A stretch of DNA of 40,956 nt from an uncultured Candidatus Saccharibacteria bacterium (GTDB lineage: Bacteria; Patescibacteriota; Minisyncoccia; Minisyncoccales; JANBVM01). The DNA is taken from NCBI GenBank assembly GCA_964566875.1, contig CAZMJM010000002.1, positions 5,324-46,279 of the forward strand. The letters are read 5' to 3'. Positions 25,913 through 33,190 of the stretch are shown one piece after another (position 1 is the stretch's first letter; each line of letters starts with the position of its first letter). The position numbers and the translations under genes were made by a program. A model generated the notes under the pieces. It was not told the origin of the DNA. It ran no database searches and saw nothing but the letters and a program-made list of their open reading frames with translations.

Positions 25913-26134
25913 TCATTCAAAGAGCGTTGCAACAAGAGAAATCACCCTTCCTTCGTTTTTAATAATATCTTTGGGACGGACATAACCGTTAACCGATTCC
26001 GAGTTCCATGGGTTTTCCTTTTTTCTTTGAATGGCTGGTGCCAGGTTCTGAAAATTTCCGCATGCTCGACATTGGGCAGCAAATCCCAAATTCCTTCTGA
26101 AATTACCTCCACACTCACATTTCTGTTCTGACAT
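25913..26134 (-). CDS. Cys-knuckle small protein (73 aa)
   Basis: CxC...CxxC pattern (CECGG...CRACG). Good SD AGAGGT 7 nt upstream of the ATG. Confidence 0.55.
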   Translation of the reverse strand: MSEQKCECGGNFRRNLGFAAQCRACGNFQNLAPAIQRKKENPWNSESVNGYVRPKDIIKNEGRVISLVATLFE

Positions 26135-26168
26135 TTTTTATACCTCTTTATTTTTTAAGGTACGATGC

Positions 26169-26213
26169 GAGGCTTTTGCCTCACCCTCTCCCTCTTCGGG
26201 AGAAAAGAGAGGG
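26169..26213 (-). promoter_or_regulatory. Structured 5' leader (two hairpins) ahead of the 73-aa gene
   Basis: GAGGC-TTTT-GCCTC (26169-26182) and an imperfect hairpin at 26184-26213 around CTCCC-TCTTC-GGGAG. Confidence 0.3.
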
Positions 26214-26220
26214 GGTCGGA

Positions 26221-26252
26221 CAAAAATAAAACTCCCAGGTCTTGTCTGGGAG
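26221..26252 (-). terminator. Intrinsic terminator after the 33-aa peptide ORF
   Basis: Stem ctcccag/ctgggag (26232-26238/26246-26252). On the minus strand it is followed by TTTTATTTTTG. Confidence 0.6.
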
Positions 26253-26278
26253 GTAAGGTGTTGCGGGTATTCTCTAGT

Positions 26279-26380
26279 CTATCTGTGTCTTACTCTTTCA
26301 AGCTTCAAACCTCCCAGGAAACCTAGGATAATAAATAGGACAAAAATAATCTGAGAAGTTGTGAAGTTTGAATTATTCAT
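26279..26380 (-). CDS. Small hydrophobic peptide MNNSNFTTSQIIFVLFIILGFLGGLKLERVRHR (33 aa, below the ORF-track cutoff)
   Basis: One predicted TM helix plus a basic tail. Has its own promoter-like element upstream and terminator downstream. Confidence 0.4.
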   Translation of the reverse strand: MNNSNFTTSQIIFVLFIILGFLGGLKLERVRHR

Positions 26381-26403
26381 AAAATCGTGAATCCTATTAA
26401 TTT

Positions 26404-26432
26404 AAGATAACGGCAACCGTCCGAACTGTCAA
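26404..26432 (-). promoter_or_regulatory. Candidate promoter for the 33-aa peptide ORF
   Basis: On the minus strand: TTGACA (complement of 26427-26432), 17-nt spacer, TATCTT (complement of 26404-26409). Confidence 0.45.
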
Positions 26433-26548
26433 GTGGAAAACCCTATTTGCCTCTCCTGTGCGCTGAGACTTGAATCCGTACGGAACAACTCATCATCTTT
26501 CAGTGTTTTAAAATATTCGTGTGAAGACGGCCGATTACAATCTACCTG

Positions 26549-26800
26549 TTAATTTAAGGCCCCCTCTTTTTTGAGTAGCGCCCTCTTCTTGGCAGCCCCG
26601 CCCCTGAACCCTCCGATTGTGCCGTCTGCGCGTATTACCCGATGGCAGGGTACTTTGGTGCTTCTGTTTTCGTGCATGATATTCCCTACCGCCCGCCAGG
26701 CATGGGGGGAACCGGCCTTTTCGGCCACCTCCTTGTAGCTTAAAGTCTTTCCCCTGGGGATTTTAGCCACTACCCTATTAACTTTGTCTCTGAAAGTCAT
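26549..26800 (-). CDS. ogt: MGMT-family protein (O6-alkylguanine-DNA alkyltransferase DNA-binding/active-site domain only)
   Basis: IPRGKTLSYKEVA...RAVGNIM...PCHRVI active-site motif. Homology starts at MTFRDKV (ATG 26800). The ORF-track extension to 26842 translates a repeat region. Confidence 0.8.
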   Translation of the reverse strand: MTFRDKVNRVVAKIPRGKTLSYKEVAEKAGSPHAWRAVGNIMHENRSTKVPCHRVIRADGTIGGFRGGAAKKRALLKKEGALN

Positions 26801-26887
26801 AGAACACATAGCATAAATCACATAACACGGATTGCATAACATGGATCACATAACACATAGATATTATTTTGCATGCTAGTGCTTTGA

Positions 26888-26923
26888 TACGCCATAATTC
26901 AACATATGTTTAGTTATGGCGTA
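26888..26923. repeat. 36-bp imperfect palindrome
   Basis: tacgccataa (26888-26897) / ttatggcgta (26914-26923) flank the inner perfect palindrome aacatatgtt (26901-26910). Confidence 0.8.
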
Positions 26924-26930
26924 TTCATTT

Positions 26931-26992
26931 AAAACCTCTAAAACCTCTAAAACCTCTAAAACCTCTATAACCTCTATAACCTCTATAACCTA
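26931..26992. repeat. 9-bp tandem repeat, about 6.8 units
   Basis: aaaacctct x4, then ataacctct x2, then a partial ataaccta. The minus-strand units read AGAGGTTTT/AGAGGTTAT. The last unit overlaps the MBL gene stop. Confidence 0.9.
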
Positions 26993-27516
26993 AAGGCGGG
27001 GCCGTGACCGGGAAAAACTTTGAGGCCGGGTTTTAATACGGTTTTCAATTTTTTCAGGGAAGAATCAAGCTGCGCCGCTGACCCGCCAGCCAGGTCCGTC
27101 CTCCCTACCCCTCCGTAAAAAAGGGTATCTCCGGTTATGATGAAATCCTTGGCCAGGAGGCAGATGCTTCCTTCTGTATGGCCCGGCGTATGGATAACTT
27201 TTAATTCCTCACTCCCTAATCTTATCACGTCTCCTTCTTTAAGAAACCTGTCGACCTCAAAATCAATGAAGTCTTTTTCCTTTTCGTGTATCAGGATTGG
27301 GGCCCCTGTGCCTTCTTTTATCTTCAGAACCGCATCTGTGTGGTCGTCGTGATAGTGGGTACAGAGAATGAATTTGAGAACCTTCCCTGACTTTTTTATC
27401 AGCCGCAAGATTCTTTCGGCATTCCCACCCGGGTCCACCAGGGCAGATTCTCTATTTGAATTTAAGAAATAGCAGTTGGTCTGCAAGAGGCCAACTGCCA
27501 AACTCGTGACATCCAT
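26983..27516 (-). CDS. MBL-fold metallo-hydrolase (glyoxalase II-like)
   Basis: THYHDDHT (HxHxDH), a downstream TPGHT His, and FYGGVGRTDL. Confidence 0.85.
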   Translation of the reverse strand: MDVTSLAVGLLQTNCYFLNSNRESALVDPGGNAERILRLIKKSGKVLKFILCTHYHDDHTDAVLKIKEGTGAPILIHEKEKDFIDFEVDRFLKEGDVIRLGSEELKVIHTPGHTEGSICLLAKDFIITGDTLFYGGVGRTDLAGGSAAQLDSSLKKLKTVLKPGLKVFPGHGPAFRL

Positions 27517-27519
27517 GAA

Positions 27520-28323
27520 TCAGTCTATTTCGTAAACGATGTTCACGTTGACGGTTATCATGTTCTCCCCGGTTTGGACCTGAGGAGCCGCTTCCTCCAC
27601 TCCCCCTCCCATACCGTAAGCTGCCTGGTCCATCTTATAAAAAGTGGGGTAAACTCCGCTTTCGCTGAAACTGGTGATTCTTACCAATTTTACTCCCAAC
27701 TGTGAGGCTAAGAGATTGGCCTTTGCCTTGGCCTCGTCGATTGCTTCCTTGCGGGCGTCGTTCTTGGCGGCCTCCTCATCATCAGGGTCCATGGTAAACT
27801 GGAGAGACCCTACCTGATTGGCTCCCTGGTCGGCAGCACCCTGGATGATATCCCCCACCTTGGTCAGGTCCCTGATTTTCACCTGGAGAGACTGGTCAAC
27901 CTCATACCCAACCAGAACCCTCTGTCCTCCGGGAGGATACCTGCCGTAGATATCCGGCTGTCGGTATTCATACCTGGGGTAGATGTTGAAGGCTGTGGTC
28001 TTCAGGTCTTTTTCCTCGACACCCTGGCCCTTGATGAATGCTATGACGCTGTTCATCTTGGCAGTGTTTTCGGACATGGCTTCGGCTACCGTTTTCTTTT
28101 CGGTCTGCACCGAAACGGTGGTAACCGCCAGGTTCGGCTTTACGAAAACCTCCCCGGAGGCCGAAACGTTAATGGTGTTCCTGCTCTCGATGTCCTGGCC
28201 GATGTATTTGCCCTGTTTGAATTCATTGACGGCTTTCACACCCACAAAAACTATCGAAACCAGCAGAAACAGGTTGAATATCTGGGAAACCGATGATAAA
28301 ATTTTTTCCTTTTGTTCGTCCAT
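27520..28323 (-). CDS. SIMPL/DUF541-domain secreted protein
   Basis: N-terminal TM/signal anchor. Pattern V.A.PD.A......VGYEV...V.......GAN....L.F....EEAAKNDARKEAIDEAKAKA is typical of SIMPL. Confidence 0.78.
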   Translation of the reverse strand: MDEQKEKILSSVSQIFNLFLLVSIVFVGVKAVNEFKQGKYIGQDIESRNTINVSASGEVFVKPNLAVTTVSVQTEKKTVAEAMSENTAKMNSVIAFIKGQGVEEKDLKTTAFNIYPRYEYRQPDIYGRYPPGGQRVLVGYEVDQSLQVKIRDLTKVGDIIQGAADQGANQVGSLQFTMDPDDEEAAKNDARKEAIDEAKAKANLLASQLGVKLVRITSFSESGVYPTFYKMDQAAYGMGGGVEEAAPQVQTGENMITVNVNIVYEID

Positions 28324-28360
28324 ATTGCTATGAATTGAATAATAACGGCGACCTTTTTAC

Positions 28361-28969
28361 TTACCACGTGATAAGGAATTCGTGATGTCCATCGCCTTTA
28401 TGGCTGCATTTGACTTCCTTACAATCCAGATTGTCTTTTTTCAGCACCATTTTGGCTATGGAGGCAAAGTAGCCTTCCATACACCTGCAGAAAATCGGAT
28501 GGAGATTAAATTCTTTTATTTTCATAATGATGTATCTTTTTTCTTCGTTATATTCTGCAAATTCCAGCTCTCCCTCAGTCCAATAGGTTCTCCACATCTG
28601 CTGGGCCTTTTTCATGACTTCGGGCAGAGAATATATGTATTTTGAGAAAAGCCTGACAATTAAAGATATTCTGGGGTGAAAATAGCATACGTTCCTGATT
28701 TCCTCATCACCAGAATTAAGAACCTTTTTAATGGCCAACAGAGATACCGCTCTCATACCGCCGGGAATGAATTCCATCTCCTTTATCTCCCGGTATTTTA
28801 TGGGATACCCCAGCCTTTCCCATTCCTTTTCTACTTTTTCCAGGACTTGTTTTCCCTTAGTCTTTATAATATATTCCCCGTCGTGCTTGACATTAAAACC
28901 CCTTGTTTCAAAGGAGGTGTTTTCAATCAGGCTTTTAGCTTTTGCGGGGTCGATTGTTGCTTCTGTCAT
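28361..28969 (-). CDS. H-NOX/V4R-fold (DUF2378-like) paralogue P1
   Basis: Shares the family pattern ETRG...LGYPIKY.EIKEM.F.P...HP..C...GYFAS...CKEVKC..KGD..HEF.ITW with P2-P5. Confidence 0.6.
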   Translation of the reverse strand: MTEATIDPAKAKSLIENTSFETRGFNVKHDGEYIIKTKGKQVLEKVEKEWERLGYPIKYREIKEMEFIPGGMRAVSLLAIKKVLNSGDEEIRNVCYFHPRISLIVRLFSKYIYSLPEVMKKAQQMWRTYWTEGELEFAEYNEEKRYIIMKIKEFNLHPIFCRCMEGYFASIAKMVLKKDNLDCKEVKCSHKGDGHHEFLITW

Positions 28970-28976
28970 AATTTAT

Positions 28977-29591
28977 TTACCAGTTTAATACAAATTCGTG
29001 ATATTCGTCTCCTCGAAAGACGCATTTTTCTTCCCGGCAGGTCACGGGTTTTCCAGTAATCATCTGGACTACGCTGGCGAAATATCCTATCAAATTCTGA
29101 CACTGCAGGGGATGAAGCTTGAAATTTTTGAGGCGGACAACAGCTTCTCTGTTTTCCTGGTCGAATTTCACAACCTCCAGGTCTCCGACGGTATAACTCT
29201 CCCTCCATATCTTAGGAGCTTCTCTGGCTACTATTTCCGGTGAGAAGAAGTACTTCATAAACATTCTTATCAGGAAGGATACCTTGGGTTCGAACCTTCC
29301 CATTTCCTGGAATTTTTTCGTGTCATAGTGGAAAAGTTTCTCAGCGCCGCACAGCACCAGGGCTTCCAGCCATACGGGATAAAAATCCATCGTCTTTATC
29401 TCTTTTAGTTTTATCGGGTAGCCCATATCGTTTATTTTTTTCTCCAGCTTCTCGACCCCCTCATCTCCCTCTTGTTCAAGAATAAAGTCAACCTCCCCTT
29501 TAATGGCGATCCCTCTGGCTTCCCCGGATATACTCCTCAATCCTTCAAATTCTTCTTTGGAGAATATTGGCTCTTCCATGTTATTATCCAT
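28977..29591 (-). CDS. H-NOX/V4R-fold (DUF2378-like) paralogue P2
   Basis: GEARGIAIKG, MGYPIKLKEIKTMDFYP, FMKYF, HPLQC..LIGYFASV, CREEKCVFRGDEYHEFVLNW. Confidence 0.6.
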   Translation of the reverse strand: MDNNMEEPIFSKEEFEGLRSISGEARGIAIKGEVDFILEQEGDEGVEKLEKKINDMGYPIKLKEIKTMDFYPVWLEALVLCGAEKLFHYDTKKFQEMGRFEPKVSFLIRMFMKYFFSPEIVAREAPKIWRESYTVGDLEVVKFDQENREAVVRLKNFKLHPLQCQNLIGYFASVVQMITGKPVTCREEKCVFRGDEYHEFVLNW

Positions 29592-29596
29592 TATTT

Positions 29597-30205
29597 TTAC
29601 TTTCCCCAGCTTACCAGAAATTCATGATATTCGTCTCCGCGGGACATGCATTTTCTTTCTTCGGATTTGACTTCTTTATTGACAACCATCTTAACGATGC
29701 TTATGAGATAGCCTTCAACGGTGAGACAATGGATGGGATGGAGCTCGAAGTCGTTTATCCGGACAACGATGTACCCTTTTTCTTTGTTGATTTCCGTAAC
29801 CCTCAGATTTCCTTTGGTATAATACTTTCCCCAGAACTTTGGCGCCTCTCTGGCGATGGTTTCCATGGAAACGAAATATTTCATAAACAGCCGCACTATC
29901 AGCGAAACCTTGGAATTAAACTCTCCCATCTTGATAAAATCTTCCTGCGAAAAATGGAATAATTCCTCCATCAGGAGAAAGGCGATGGCTTCCAGGCCCA
30001 CCGGATAAAAATCCATTTCCTTGATTTCCTCGTACCTGATGGGAAACCCCAATTCTGCGGCTCTTTCTTCTAATTTCGCCAGGGCCTCCTTCCCTTCTCT
30101 GTAAAGAATGTATTCCAGATCGCCCTTGATGGAAATTCCCCTTGTTTCTCCAGGAACTTTCATCAGCTCCCCGGCTTTTTCTTTTGTAAGTTTTTCAGGT
30201 TCCAT
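29597..30205 (-). CDS. H-NOX/V4R-fold (DUF2378-like) paralogue P3
   Basis: GETRGISIKG, LGFPIRYEEIKEMDFYP, FMKYF, HPIHC..VEGYL, ERKCMSRGDEYHEFLVSW. Confidence 0.6.
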   Translation of the reverse strand: MEPEKLTKEKAGELMKVPGETRGISIKGDLEYILYREGKEALAKLEERAAELGFPIRYEEIKEMDFYPVGLEAIAFLLMEELFHFSQEDFIKMGEFNSKVSLIVRLFMKYFVSMETIAREAPKFWGKYYTKGNLRVTEINKEKGYIVVRINDFELHPIHCLTVEGYLISIVKMVVNKEVKSEERKCMSRGDEYHEFLVSWGK

Positions 30206-30273
30206 CTTTTAAAACGTAGTTTCAAAGATAAGGTACTTATTTTATAACGTATTAGAGTTTATTTTGTGACAAA

Positions 30274-31071
30274 TTAGGAATTGAGAAGTTCCAACTGGAA
30301 CTGTTTGGTCCCGATTTCGGAAAATTTATCCTTTTCAGGATAATTGTCAATCTGCGAAAGCCAATGGCGGTTGGAAAACTCCCATAATTTTTTAGCGGTC
30401 AGAAAAGCCTCCACGTAGAGCTCTTTTTTCCCGGTTTCATAGAGTTCGCATACTCCCGCAGGTTTTTCCCACTTATGGGTGCAGCCTCTTTTGTTCTTAT
30501 TTATCTTTACCTCTCCCGATTTGACCCTCCGCTCGGCGCCGCACAGCTTACAGGATTGAAATTGGTCCACCCTCATTATCCAATAGGTTTTAGCCTTCTT
30601 CCTGGCGGTCTCGTTATAAGCGTTAAAATAAGCTGCCGTCTGGATGAAATAGTCGTCCCATATTTCCCGGCTGGTTTTCAGGTCCAATATCCCCATTTTC
30701 CCGTCTATTTCCGCCAGGACATCGAGGGTCCCGCTGTAAGAATGGTCTTTACTAAAAACCCTCTTCTCTATGCCGTGCAGTTTAATCTTGTGCGACCTGA
30801 ACCAGTTTAAAAAAGCATCCACGGACGGCTTGACGTCGGCGGACGTTTTCGGGATTCTTCCCATCAGTATCGTTTCAATAATATCGTGAACGTCATTGCC
30901 CCATTCCGTAAGTTTCTTTCTTTTCCTCTGCATGGAGGCAAAGCTTGCCTGATTAGCCAGCCATCTCTCCAGGCCGGGCTTGGCGATTATCTTGCAAATC
31001 GAAGTTACCCTTGGGTACCAAAAACCCTCCACTTCATAACCGTTCTTTTTCTTAAAATAATTGGCCGACAT
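30274..31071 (-). CDS. PD-(D/E)xK nuclease, Cas4/RecB-like
   Basis: GTLDVLAEIDGKMGILDLKTS (D...D-x-K) followed by QTAAY (QxxxY). C-terminal Cys cluster CKLCG...C...C. Confidence 0.7.
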   Translation of the reverse strand: MSANYFKKKNGYEVEGFWYPRVTSICKIIAKPGLERWLANQASFASMQRKRKKLTEWGNDVHDIIETILMGRIPKTSADVKPSVDAFLNWFRSHKIKLHGIEKRVFSKDHSYSGTLDVLAEIDGKMGILDLKTSREIWDDYFIQTAAYFNAYNETARKKAKTYWIMRVDQFQSCKLCGAERRVKSGEVKINKNKRGCTHKWEKPAGVCELYETGKKELYVEAFLTAKKLWEFSNRHWLSQIDNYPEKDKFSEIGTKQFQLELLNS

Positions 31072-31106
31072 ATTGTTATTTTAGCAGAAAACTGCTTCTT
31101 TGGCGA

Positions 31107-32120
31107 CTATGATTTCCCCTCTTTTTCATCGGCCGCCAGCTGCCCGCAGGCGGCGGCTATGTCTTGCCCGAACCGGAACCTTTCCGTCACCGCTATCCCT
31201 TTGCGCTGAAGCGTTTCTTTGAATTTCCTGACCTTCGCCGCTGGAGAAGGCGCAATGCCCCGGACCGCCGGGTTATAAGAGATAAGATTAACGAAATAAA
31301 GCGGTTTTTTCATCAATGAAGCCAATTGCACAGCACATTTTTCAGAGTCGTTGAAATCCTTTATCATTATGTATTCAAACATAACCCTCCTATTTGTTGT
31401 TTCAGCGTAAGATTCGACCGCCTCCAGTATCCGGGAAATGGAGTACTTTGCATTGACGGGCATCAGGCGGCTTCTCAATTCGTCCGTTGGGGCATGGAGC
31501 GAAATGGCCAGATTAACCTCCAGTGGTTCTGCGGCCAGCTTCCTGATGCCATCCGTGATACCGACGGTTGATATGGAAAACCTCCGTGCTCCCATATTGA
31601 ATACTTCCGGCTCATGCATCGTTTTCACCGACTCCATGACGTTTTCGTAATTGAGGAATGGCTCCCCCATCCCCATGAAAACTACGTTGGTTACCTGCTT
31701 TTTCGATTTTTTTAAATACCGAGAGAAAAGCAGCACCTGCTCTACTATTTCATGAGACTTAAGGTTCCTCTCAAATTTCATCTTTCCCGTAGCACAGAAA
31801 AGACACCCCAGCGGACATCCGACCTGCGAGGATACACAAACCGTATTTCGCCCGTCCTTATGCCTCATCAAGACAGATTCTATCTTCAGGCCGTCCTCCA
31901 ATGTGATAAGCGCCTTGGCCGCCTCGGTCTTCTTGGACCGGAAAAGGCGGTGCTCGATGTTAAGCGGACATGCTTCATTCAGCCTTTCCCGCAAAGAAAA
32001 AGGGAGGGTGGTAGCCCCCTTCCAGTCGTCTATCAGGTCATGGAATATCGCTTTTTTTACCTGATGGGCGCGGTATTCAGGCTCTTTCTCCAATATTTTT
32101 TCAAGATTAGCCAGGTTCAC
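31107..32120 (-). CDS. rlmN: 23S rRNA/tRNA (adenine-C2)-methyltransferase RlmN (radical SAM)
   Basis: SSQVGCPLGCLFCATG radical-SAM motif, MGMGEP, C-terminal catalytic Cys (AAACGQL). Confidence 0.9.
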   Translation of the reverse strand: MNLANLEKILEKEPEYRAHQVKKAIFHDLIDDWKGATTLPFSLRERLNEACPLNIEHRLFRSKKTEAAKALITLEDGLKIESVLMRHKDGRNTVCVSSQVGCPLGCLFCATGKMKFERNLKSHEIVEQVLLFSRYLKKSKKQVTNVVFMGMGEPFLNYENVMESVKTMHEPEVFNMGARRFSISTVGITDGIRKLAAEPLEVNLAISLHAPTDELRSRLMPVNAKYSISRILEAVESYAETTNRRVMFEYIMIKDFNDSEKCAVQLASLMKKPLYFVNLISYNPAVRGIAPSPAAKVRKFKETLQRKGIAVTERFRFGQDIAAACGQLAADEKEGKS

Positions 32121-32129
32121 TTAAATTTA

Positions 32130-32351
32130 TTATTCCATTATTTCAAAAATTTTATTAGGCTTTTTCGAGCCGCGTACTAAACGCACCTTTGACGGGTCGA
32201 CTCCCAGATGGGAAGCCAGGATTCTTGCTGCAGCCTTGTTAGCTTCGCCCCGTAAGGCTTTTTCCCTGACCTCTATATTGTAGCTTTCCTTCGTCTTGCA
32301 GGTTACTTGATTCCTTTTTGAGTCCGGGAAAACCCTGACCTTGATAAGCAT
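32130..32351 (-). CDS. DUF167 (YggU) family protein
   Basis: IKVRV.P.SK.N.....G......V...A..GEAN.A....LA..LGV....V.LV.G..S..K pattern. The ATG at 32351 lies 1 nt after the upstream stop. The ORF-track extension to 32492 overlaps the upstream gene. Confidence 0.7.
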   Translation of the reverse strand: MLIKVRVFPDSKRNQVTCKTKESYNIEVREKALRGEANKAAARILASHLGVDPSKVRLVRGSKKPNKIFEIME

Positions 32352-32352
32352 G

Positions 32353-32679
32353 TCAGCGAATGGTCGTTCCCGAAGGGACCTCCCTGTCCGGCTGCAGCAG
32401 TACGGGTTCCCCGTCCACGTTAGCCGCCAGAAGCATGCCGCGGCTCTCCAGGCCGAAAATCGTTTTGGGTTCCAGGTTAGCCACCACGACAATGTCCCTT
32501 CCTATCATTTCTTCGGGCTTGTAGTATTTGGCGATGCCGGCCACCAGCTGCCTCTTTTCCCCGCCCAATTTTATCTCCAGCCGGAGAAGCTTATCGGAAC
32601 CTTCCACCCTCTGGGCGTCTGCGACCTTGGCGGTTTTCAGCTCTATTTTTTGAAAATCCTCAAAACTTACCATACTCAT
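32353..32679 (-). CDS. tRNA-binding domain protein (CsaA/EMAP-II-like OB fold)
   Basis: FEDFQKIELKTAKV.....VEGSDKLLRLEI.LG.E.RQLVAGIAKYY.PEE..G...VVVANLEPK. Confidence 0.8.
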   Translation of the reverse strand: MSMVSFEDFQKIELKTAKVADAQRVEGSDKLLRLEIKLGGEKRQLVAGIAKYYKPEEMIGRDIVVVANLEPKTIFGLESRGMLLAANVDGEPVLLQPDREVPSGTTIR

Positions 32680-33182
32680 AAGTCTTTTAGTTTATTAATG
32701 ATTAGCCTGAACCAATAGGCGTACTTTGCCGGATTTTCTCCCACGTCTTTCTCCAATTCTTTCAGGTCCATCCATTTCCATTCCGCTACCTCCTGAGGAT
32801 CTGGAGAAGGGGTCCCATCGAATTTACCGATGAAGACATGGTCGAATTCGTTTTCAATCAGGTCTCCTACCTTACTCTTATAGATAAAGCTGAAAGCCTC
32901 CTTCAGTTCGCAGGAAATACCCATCTCTTCCTTCAATCTCCTCCTGGCTTCGGAAACGATGTCGTGGTTTGGCCTCGGGTGAGAGCAGCAGGTATTGGAC
33001 CAGAGGCCAGGAGAATGATACTTGGTGTCTGCCCTCTTCTGCAGCAGTACCTCACCCTTATGATTGGAGACCAGGATAGAAAAGGAACGGTGCAGTTTTC
33101 CTTCCTTGTGAACCTGCATCTTTCCCCCCACTCCTATCTGGTGATTTTCTTCGTCAACTATGATTATTTCCTTTTTTTCCAT
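32676..33182 (-). CDS. idi: Isopentenyl-diphosphate delta-isomerase, type 1 (Nudix)
   Basis: LHRSFSILV, WSNTCCSHP (catalytic Cys), ENEFDHVF (catalytic Glu). The ATG at 33182 (MEKKEIIIVDE) lies 8 nt after the P4 stop. Confidence 0.85.
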   Translation of the reverse strand: MEKKEIIIVDEENHQIGVGGKMQVHKEGKLHRSFSILVSNHKGEVLLQKRADTKYHSPGLWSNTCCSHPRPNHDIVSEARRRLKEEMGISCELKEAFSFIYKSKVGDLIENEFDHVFIGKFDGTPSPDPQEVAEWKWMDLKELEKDVGENPAKYAYWFRLIINKLKDL

Positions 33183-33190
33183 AATCTTTT

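Noticed and set aside
26931-26992. Possible CRISPR array
   Set aside because: The units are 9 bp and contiguous with no spacers. This is a simple tandem repeat, not repeat-spacer architecture, and no cas genes are present.
29287-29296. GGTTCGAACC T-loop-like sequence suggesting a tRNA
   Set aside because: Flanking bases do not form a T stem or acceptor stem, and it lies within the P2 coding frame.
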